Origin: Rotaria sp.
Taxonomy: Eukaryota
Assembly (NCBI GenBank): GCA_905330805.1
Contig: CAJNWK010000300.1
Span: forward strand, 38,176-45,943
Length of the DNA stretch: 7,768 nucleotides
Direction of reading: 5' to 3'
A program made the position numbers and the translations under genes. The notes beneath the pieces were generated by a model. The model saw only the letters and a list, made by a program, of their open reading frames with translations. It was not told the DNA's origin and did no database searches. This document shows, in pieces, positions 1 to 6,957 of this stretch (within the stretch, counting starts at the first letter, position 1; each line of letters starts with the position of its first letter).

Positions 1-209
1 AAAGAAAAAAACACGTTGTCTTCTGTTTCGAACACTCATCTGTCTGTCTAGCTTGCACATCAGCATGACATTCGCTCAAAGAAAAATCAACAGTGACTCA
101 CTACCTAGTTACTTGAGAAGAAAAAACTAATGCCGTCTTTCTCTCACGTTTTTTTATGTACAACTAATAGGTTTTTTCCATTGTAAAGAACAATTTGCGA
201 TACTTGGAA

Positions 210-310
210 GAGGATGTGGGTGTGAATGTGCTTGTGCATGAGGGTAAGATACCTGTCTCCATCCTCACTTATAGAAGAAGCCACAGCCACACTTCCACAC
301 CCACACCCTC
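210..310. repeat. GT/CA-rich inverted repeat 1 (arms 210-230 and 290-310)
   Basis: GAGGATGTGGGTGTGAATGTG compared with the reverse complement of CACTTCCACACCCACACCCTC matches at 18 of 21 positions. Confidence 0.75.
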
Positions 311-540
311 AATTTCAGGAAAAAAGGTGATTTGAAAACTAATTGTAAAAACTAATTGTGTTTAAAATATCAATATCTAATTGATTTCTTCAGAAATATA
401 CATAATGTGAAAAAAAGTAATTTAGATTTGAATGTAGTAGAATATTCTTTTAAGAGGATGATGTATTATATAACAAGAATATCGAAGAACAATAATACTC
501 TGCATCATTTTGTTGTCTTGTTTTGTATCGATTGTATTTA

Positions 541-610
541 GGGTGTGGGTGTGGGGTGGGGTGTGAAAAGAAGATCGATACCGATAGTGGCACCATACAC
601 CCACACCCAT
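541..610. repeat. GT/CA-rich inverted repeat 2 (cores about 541-552 and 598-609)
   Basis: GGGTGTGGGTGT at the start pairs with ACACCCACACCC at the end (12-nt perfect core), with CGAT-containing flanks outside both arms. Confidence 0.75.
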
Positions 611-741
611 CGAAAATTGTAAGTTCCTTCCAAAGCTGCTTTTCTCAGTGAGATGTTTCATTTGATATGAGATGGTAAGGATTCTGGTGAAAAAATCTCA
701 CGTGCCGATTTCTGACCTTATAACCCCCTCCTCCCTCATCC

Positions 742-747
742 TTTATT
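742..747 (-). promoter_or_regulatory. Candidate poly(A) signal AATAAA overlapping the stop codon of the 743-1186 ORF
   Basis: The minus strand reads ...TTT TTT CAA TAA AGG. The AATAAA hexamer (plus-strand TTTATT, 742-747) contains the TAA stop. Confidence 0.35.
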
Positions 748-1186
748 GAAAAAACATGAAGTGAGAAAGTAATGGTATAAGCAACAATATTTTATGCGCT
801 GATCGCTTTATGTTAGATGCTGAAAAAATCGGTCCTGTCGACGTATCATTACGAATTAAATTGTATTCCATTAGTAGTTGAATAACGTTCTTATACGTGT
901 CTTTTCCATTGCATAATTCGTGACTACAAACATATTCCACTGAACTTTGTCGCACGTCTACTTTACCATTGAGATAATACGATGTTTCTTCTACGATTCC
1001 CAACTGTTTGCGAAATTGATCATCACTTTGCGACGAACATCCCTGATGTGTTTTATTTGCATAAACATTATCAATATATAAACTACACGACTTAATATTT
1101 TCACTACATGTAATACTTAGGCCATCTGCTGATAAACAACGGATAATATTTACACCTGAATGAAAAATATTAAAAGGAAAATGCAT
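743..1186 (-). CDS. Putative Ly6/uPAR (LU, three-finger) domain protein with GPI-anchor-like C-terminus; possibly a terminal exon of a longer gene
   Basis: 147-aa ORF. Cysteines at residues 17, 27, 34, 50, 87 and 92. The spacing C-x6-C (TCSENIKSC), then C-x15-C, and the end motif VEYVCSHELCN resemble the CD59 pattern (NCSSDFDAC...C...YYCCKKDLCN). It has an NKT sequon and a hydrophobic tail KILLLIPLLSHFMFFQ. It lacks a convincing signal peptide; TTTTAATATTTTTCATTCAG|GT just inside the ORF resembles a 3' splice site, so the first ~10 residues may be intronic. Confidence 0.6.
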   Translation of the reverse strand: MHFPFNIFHSGVNIIRCLSADGLSITCSENIKSCSLYIDNVYANKTHQGCSSQSDDQFRKQLGIVEETSYYLNGKVDVRQSSVEYVCSHELCNGKDTYKNVIQLLMEYNLIRNDTSTGPIFSASNIKRSAHKILLLIPLLSHFMFFQ

Positions 1187-1509
1187 GATTGAATGGAAAG
1201 AGTTTTTTTAATTTTTCGGATATGCACAAAACGCAAAGGCTATTAAATTGAATAAGAAAATGCAATGCGTGAAGCATAACAAGCGGTTAGCACGGTCACA
1301 ACTATTGACGTTAGCACCAATATGATCAAAAAGCGAACTCAACGTTTTACTTAGAACAACAACAAGTTAAGGACTATTTTAACAGTCTATAAATGAAATT
1401 AATTATGTGTAAAGTTTGTTTATAAAGGAGAAAAAAAGGCCTTTTAAGATACGTCACGGTTTTTGCTCGCATTTTCTAAGTTCGACGGATCTTATATTAC
1501 ATAATAACA

Positions 1510-1615
1510 AATGATCAAAAAGTTTTTTTGAGAAAATATTTGCGCCAGCTCCACTCACTTGCAAGCATTTCGTAAAAATAAAAAACTATGGATTAAAACC
1601 AGAATTTTGTTCACT
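1510..1615 (+). repeat. Left arm of long imperfect inverted repeat (partner 2137-2242)
   Basis: AATGATCAAAAAGTTTTTTTGAG...CACTTGCAAGCATTTCG...AACCAGAATTTTGTTCACT aligns without gaps over 106 nt to the reverse complement of 2137-2242, with 20 mismatches by hand count (~81% identity). Confidence 0.88.
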
Positions 1616-2136
1616 TTCTGAATATGCTCTCTGAACGTTTGGCTTACGGTTTTCTCTCTAGCAGTGAAAAAAGCTTTCGAAGGCTTGAAACAAATGTTAG
1701 AATGAAAAATTCTTTGATACATTTTTGTACTTTCATCATTAGGATCTGAAACTAAAAGTTGAAACCTTTATTAATACAACAGCGTGTAAAACACAATCTA
1801 TTCTGCAAAATGTACTATTTCCATCTTCTTTTTCTTCCAACAGAGCACGTCAAATTTCGTTTTCCAATTACCGTCATTTCGAAAAAAAAGTCAACTTTTT
1901 GTTTAAACCAATTTTATAAGCAATAAATGAACCTGAACGAAATGGTTATAGTTTCACTTAAGTAAAGTCTAGAGCTAAATTCGGTATCACCTATTGTAAA
2001 AGAAGGACCGCTTCATCAAAGTACTGAGTCCGACTATTTTCAGCATCTTCACGCAGAGATCTAGCGGTCAGCAAAAAAGTAAATGTTTGTCTTCGAAGCA
2101 TTTTTTCAAGCCTTTTAAGATCTTTCTTACTATTCG

Positions 2137-2242
2137 AGTGAGCAAAATTCTGGTTCTAACCAATAGTTTTTAATCTTTTCGAAATGCTTGCATGTGAATG
2201 AAAAAGTAGTAAATACTTTCTAAACAAAACTTTCTGATCATT
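2137..2242 (-). repeat. Right arm of long imperfect inverted repeat (partner 1510-1615)
   Basis: The reverse complement reads AATGATCAGAAAGTTTTGTTTAG...CACATGCAAGCATTTCG...GAACCAGAATTTTGCTCACT and matches 1510-1615 without gaps. Confidence 0.88.
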
Positions 2243-2474
2243 CGTCAGTCACAATGAATCATCATATGATGTGCATGTTTTTCAACGAGGGGCAAAGGTT
2301 TTTTTAGGAAAATGGCTCAATATGATTTCCTAGAAAAATGATCAGGAGTGACTATAAATGCTTTGCTTTTCGTTTTCCAAAACGTAAGACTACTAAAAAC
2401 TCTGTCTGACTGAATCGCAAGAGAAAATCTTATTTTTATGACCATCAAAATTTGTATAAAGATCATTCACTTTG

Positions 2475-2511
2475 TTCTTTACCTTTTTCCTTTTAGTAAA
2501 AAGGTAAAGAA
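2475..2511. repeat. Perfect 14-bp hairpin, 9-nt loop
   Basis: TTCTTTACCTTTTT (2475-2488), loop CCTTTTAGT, then AAAAAGGTAAAGAA (2498-2511). Confidence 0.85.
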
Positions 2512-2527
2512 AGATTTAGGAGAGCTA

Positions 2528-3070
2528 CTAAATCCTTTGCCAAAGGTTCAGAAAAAATGAAACTATAGAGAACGAGTTTTCAACACTAATTGCGTTCTCC
2601 TTTAAATTATTGTCTGCACCTGAGCCTGCTGTGAACAACGCAGAGGACAGTTTCTGTTGAAATTGATTAAAATTCGTTGTTAATTTACGCATTTGCAACA
2701 CTTTCGTTTTGGCATATTCAAAGTCACATAAATCGCCATGATAACATTTATGTTTTGCTACCGTCCATTGAATATTATACTTTTCATGCCACATTTCTGT
2801 CTCTTGTGATATATAGTAGTCATCTGACGTGACACTACTACCGTTTACACTTTGTTCACCAAATGTAATTTTGATTAATTTTGCTCCATAATCAAAACTA
2901 ATATGTGAATAACACTCAACATTCTGATATGTTTTGTTTCACGTAGATGGCAGTGTATCGAACGTTTCATTGAACGTCAGAAACATTATACAATACTGGA
3001 CACATTGATATTGAACAGTTATAGGAAGTAATATTAGGAAGCAAATATAAATGAGTGTAATGCTAGTCAT
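2528..3070 (-). pseudogene. Putative secreted Ly6-like protein ORF interrupted by one in-frame TGA (pseudogene, recoded gene, or sequence error)
   Basis: The ORF-track 88-aa ORF (2528-2794) is in frame with an ATG at 3068-3070. Manual translation gives MTSITLIYICFLILLPITVQYQCVQYCIMFLTFNETFDTLPST*NKTYQNVECYSHISFDYGAKLIKITFGEQSVNGSSVTSDDYYISQETE-MWHEKYNIQW...KHKCYHGDLCDFEYAKTKVLQM...LNLWQRI. There is one internal stop (TGA at 2939-2941), a clear signal-peptide-like N-terminus, and shared motifs with the 743-1186 ORF. Confidence 0.5.
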
Positions 3071-4698
3071 TTGTTGCTAAAGTAGGAGAATAACTTTGTC
3101 TACCTTTTCTCTATGTCTTATTTAACTGTTGTGGCCTTTTCTTCGTTACTGTTCTTATCTTAGATAAACAAAGGCGTTGATAAATAGAGAGTATTAATTG
3201 TGAGAAACATGCAGTGAGATAAAGCATTTCTTATCTTCATACCTTCTTGATTTTATGCACAATACAGGTGTTATGTAGATTTTACATAGAGTTCGACTGC
3301 TAATAGCATTAGTCTCCATTTTTCCGATAAAAATCCCTGGACTAACTGCAGTATAGTAATTAGTTTCTACCATCATCAGTAACTTACCTTATTCTGCAGA
3401 CAACAATGACTATAGAGAGATAGCGGAGAATATTTTTCCTTGTCTAGAGACTGTATATGTATTATCATCCAAGTTTTTATTGGAGCGATTTACGAACGCG
3501 CAACTTTCCCACAGACAAATTTTATCCCCTCCTTCTACAGGGAAATTATAGCATAGGTGTATACTGTTCACTAAGCGAGAGACTCTATATTTAGCTGTTG
3601 AAATAGTCTTTTATATTATTGATATTGTATGAGATGATGAATGAAAAACTAAGGTGAAATTGGATTCAGATTCTAATTATATCCTGTTGAATTTGCCTGA
3701 ATAATGATTCTAGAGTCAACCCTCTTGCTACAAGTCTACCTCGATGTGTTCTATCGACTGGCGTTTGTCGCTTCTCTAATAGCTTAAATGGTATCCGAGA
3801 AAAACTCAAAACATTGGGTTTTTCCTTCCAAGTGTTTAGAAGGTTATGGTCTTCTGCGAAGTATTTTCATTGTATTCTTTTTCTTCAAAGGAATCATGAA
3901 TGGATTTTAACTACTGGTTCCGCTTTTCTAGATCACAACGCATTATAAATAATTCGACCTGACTCGTTCCACGCAGTTAACACTGTGTAACGTCTCGTCG
4001 TCACATTATTCTCTAGTAAGAAATGTATTGCTTGAACGAGTCCGTACGACCTCTAAATCATGGATCTGCTGATATTAGACAAGTGTGTGCTAAAATAACG
4101 TCTCTGTCACTATCAACAGTAAATAGTTGCATAGACGGATCTAAAACTTTCTTCATATCTGTGGCGTAATCATGAGAATCGTGCCTTTGGTCAGATAAAT
4201 GTGTTTTGTGAAGACAAGGATACTTATCCGTACACAGCTGTACAAAAGACACTTAGCTCTTAAGAAATTTGCAAAAATTGAAAAGGCTGAAATTAATAGT
4301 AAAGAAGAATTCTTTTCGTAAGAGAAGGTGTTCGACGGGAGTGAACACGATGTTTGGCGATAACTAATCGTTTCATTGTCAAAAGACTCAAATTCGTGTA
4401 TAACACGAATACTATTGGTCGTTTATAGGAGTCATTGCACGAGAGTCACGACCAACCTTGCTCAATGTCGCATGTTGAAAGTCTTATTTTCAATGCCATC
4501 AAACTACTTTAATTTCATGTGAGCTTGTCATTTTGAATATTTTTATAGAAAAATAATACACTGGTACACAATGTGACAAATAAAACAAATTGATATTTGA
4601 TATGCATAAATGAAACGATAAAATGAAGAGTTATATGAAAAACTGTCTTCATTGTTTTTCGGTGAATCCAATGTCTATTTCGATGTAGATTCTATTTG

Positions 4699-4743
4699 GG
4701 TGTGAGTATTTTTTCAAGCAATAAACAATTCCACACTCACACC
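4699..4743. repeat. GT/CA-rich inverted repeat 3 (arms 4699-4707 and 4735-4743)
   Basis: GGTGTGAGT pairs perfectly with ACTCACACC. CAATAAACAATT also occurs as a direct repeat at 4719-4730 and 4757-4768. Confidence 0.65.
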
Positions 4744-5088
4744 AACATTTGTCTCACAATAAACAATTTAAAGCTTTTTTTCATGAAGAAAAATTTGTTT
4801 ATACAGTTCGAATCATCGTCAAAAGTAAAGCATTACTTGGTATAGAGTGAGAAGCACTTTTTCGAAAGCTTTCGATGATTCAATGTGTAAAACAGTCCTG
4901 ATGTCAGTTTTCGTTGCTTACAAAATCTATGATCATTTTTATATTCTCATTGTCTTGTAGTTTCTAACTTTGATGTACTTGTCTTGGTGAAATTTGTTTA
5001 TGAGGAACATGTTTGGAGCTATTTGTCTTAAATTAGTAGTTATATCATTTTCAAATCAATCTAAGCAAAAGAACGAAAGTAACCAAAC

Positions 5089-5095
5089 AAAAAAA
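5089..5095 (-). terminator. Pol III oligo-T terminator of tRNA-His
   Basis: There is an A7 run on the plus strand (T7 on the minus strand), separated from the tRNA 3' end by only 3 nt. Confidence 0.8.
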
Positions 5096-5098
5096 GAG

Positions 5099-5169
5099 TG
5101 CCATTGAGCGGAGTTGAACCGCTTACGCCCGGACCACAACCGGAAGTGATACCGTTTCACCACAACGGC
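5099..5169 (-). tRNA. tRNA-His (anticodon GTG)
   Basis: The minus strand folds as GCCGTTG TG GTGA AACGGTA TCAC T TCCGG TTGTGGT CCGGG CGTA AGCGG TTCAACT CCGCT CAATGGC A (71 nt). The acceptor stem is 7 bp with one G-U, D and T stems are fully paired, the anticodon stem has one wobble, the variable loop is 4 nt, and G18G19 is present. A G is encoded at the -1 position (5170). Confidence 0.93.
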
Positions 5170-6108
5170 CTTGCAACATGGAATGAGAGGACTTCAACTG
5201 ATGTTTGATCAAAAAGGAAAGTAAAACATACGATTTCTATTAAGTGAAATACTCCAAATTTCTAACACAGATTAACGTTTTCAGTATTTTAATTTTGGGC
5301 TCATTATTTTTGGGTTCATCTCAAAGCTTTTAAAAACCTTTTATCGATATTATGTCGTCTATGTAAATCGATAAAAAATATTTTCAACATTCACAAAAAA
5401 TGATTCAATTATGTGCAGTATCAAAGCCAAGCAACCAGATCACATTTCAACTATTAACTTTAGTTAAACGCGTCATCTTGAGTTCTCAAGGTTATCCAAT
5501 GGTCGAATTGAGTCAAGTTGCCCATTTAGACCATTCTAAGAACATTTGAGCAAAAGTCAAATTGAGCAGAAAGATTTTCAATTTGAATCAAGTTTCAAAA
5601 GTTATGAAGAGATATAAGGCCCAATGTTGTCAAAATAACAAGTTTTAACCGATACTTTCTACTTGCTATAACGTACAGCAGGATACAAGAGATACTGGAA
5701 AAGTTTTTAGTAGTGTATGCTATTCGCCTTTTTCTTGTAATAGAACAGAGTAAGTTTTATCTGGTGTAAATTTCGTTTTATTTAAAGTCATATCTTTATG
5801 TTGATGAACTTTGTCAAATAAAATGTAATCCCGGATCGTCATTGTTGAATGCATTCTTCGAATCCATCCAGGAGCTGCTCCCATTTCTTTTTTTTTTTGA
5901 ATGAAGTCATCCAGATAAAATTATAAAATACTATCATCAGAGGGAATAAGTGAGGTAATCACATGACACACGTTTACGTTCTTTTTTTTTTGCAACGCTG
6001 AGTCATCTTTCGATACGAAAAAAACACAATCATGTATATGATGCAATTACTTTTCCGGGCACTCTTTGTAGAAACTATTTCATAATTGTTTTTCGATAAA
6101 CAAATAAG

Positions 6109-6117
6109 AAAAAAAAA
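6109..6117 (-). terminator. Pol III oligo-T terminator of tRNA-Asn
   Basis: There is an A9 run on the plus strand (T9 on the minus strand), 10 nt past the tRNA 3' end. Confidence 0.8.
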
Positions 6118-6127
6118 GAAAGGTTAC

Positions 6128-6200
6128 AGCTGTTGAATGGGTTCGAACCATCTGTCTTCCGGTTAACAGCCGGATGCGTTTCCACTTACGCCACAAGAGC
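6128..6200 (-). tRNA. tRNA-Asn (anticodon GTT)
   Basis: The minus strand folds as GCTCTTG TG GCGT AAGTGGAA ACGC A TCCGG CTGTTAA CCGGA AGACA GATGG TTCGAAC CCATT CAACAGC T (73 nt). Box A TGGCGTAAGTGG and box B GGTTCGAACCC are present and the D and anticodon stems are perfect. The acceptor stem has one C4-C69 mismatch. Confidence 0.9.
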
Positions 6201-6223
6201 ACGATGGAATAATATTTTATATC

Positions 6224-6688
6224 TTAGAAAAATCTTATTAGTGATGTGGCCAAACTTTTACATTGAGAGTGACAATTAGAGGTTTTATTTGGCATTTCAT
6301 CAAATAGTACATGATTAAAACAAAAGAACAATTTTGCTCGAATAGTCCCTTTTTTTACTGCACCAGAGACAATAAGCAGGAACGACTCGCCCACAGACTG
6401 AAAGTCGGTAAAAAATTGACAAATTTCCTTATAATAAAAGACTTGGGTGTAATGCATGCGTGTTCCTATTTGAATAAGCATGATAGCATACTCAAGGCTC
6501 ATCTCAACTTCAATATTGAACCATACATATAAATTTATTTCTGGCAATACTGAGTTTTTCTGAATGGTCGGCGTGCTCTTTATGATGACAAAAGACGAAT
6601 TAGTAGGTGCCCAAGACAATATCGACACTAAATGCATCAAATAAGATAGATAAATAATTGATTTTAATTTAAATAATTTCATAAACAT
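6224..6688 (-). CDS. Hypothetical 154-aa ORF, no recognised family; may be partly spurious
   Basis: This is the longest ORF in the window, which is long for AT-rich sequence. It has a hydrophobic N-terminus (LKSIIYLSYLMHLVSILSW), but its first residues lie inside the duplicated AT-rich block. No motif was recognised. Confidence 0.2.
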   Translation of the reverse strand: MFMKLFKLKSIIYLSYLMHLVSILSWAPTNSSFVIIKSTPTIQKNSVLPEINLYVWFNIEVEMSLEYAIMLIQIGTRMHYTQVFYYKEICQFFTDFQSVGESFLLIVSGAVKKGTIRAKLFFCFNHVLFDEMPNKTSNCHSQCKSLATSLIRFF

Positions 6689-6822
6689 CTAATTGACATA
6701 AATGAATCAAAATAAATAAATAAATTGGATTTAATCAATTTCATAAACATTTTATTTAATTTACTAAATGCATCAAATAAAATGAATAAATAAATAAATA
6801 ATTGTAATTTAAATACATACAT
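6627..6822. repeat. AT-rich duplicated block with (AAAT)n-type microsatellite
   Basis: ACTAAATGCATCAAATAA is identical at 6627-6644 and 6763-6780 (136 bp apart). Each copy is followed by (G/A)AT(A)-type tetranucleotide repeats, ATAATTG and AATTTAAAT. TTTCATAAACAT also occurs twice. Confidence 0.8.
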
Positions 6823-6930
6823 AATGGACTGACTCACAGAGGAAGTGTAAAAATATAATTTATCAACTCACTACTGGCAGGAGAATATAATGAATGGATA
6901 GTACTATCGGCCGGCTTATATACATGAATG

Positions 6931-6957
6931 AACAATGACTCTATAGCGGTCATTGTT
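6931..6957. repeat. Perfect 9-bp hairpin AACAATGAC / GTCATTGTT, 9-nt loop
   Basis: Read directly as AACAATGAC-TCTATAGCG-GTCATTGTT. Confidence 0.75.

Noticed and set aside
356-541. 61-aa plus-strand ORF opposite 422-661
   Set aside because: It is short, of low complexity, overlaps another spurious ORF, and has no motif.
541-565. Telomeric repeat tract (GGGTGTGGGTGTGGGGTGGGG)
   Set aside because: It is too short and irregular, and it has an inverse partner 45 nt away, unlike telomeric arrays.
422-661. 79-aa minus-strand ORF containing HTPPHTHTL
   Set aside because: The apparent peptide is produced by the GT/CA-rich foldback and there is no coding signal.
2922-2940. A 19-nt GTGA...CAG mini-intron that would remove the TGA in the second LU-like gene
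   Set aside because: Removing 19 nt shifts the frame, so it would break the downstream reading frame. The exact in-frame continuity favours a simple in-frame stop.
3194-3376. 60-aa minus-strand ORF upstream of the interrupted LU-like gene
   Set aside because: It is short, lacks a recognisable domain or signal peptide, and is within the chance ORF range.
4058-4252. 64-aa minus-strand ORF with CTDKYPC near its start
   Set aside because: It begins with GTG rather than ATG, is short, has too few cysteines to match the LU pattern, and shows no supporting signals.
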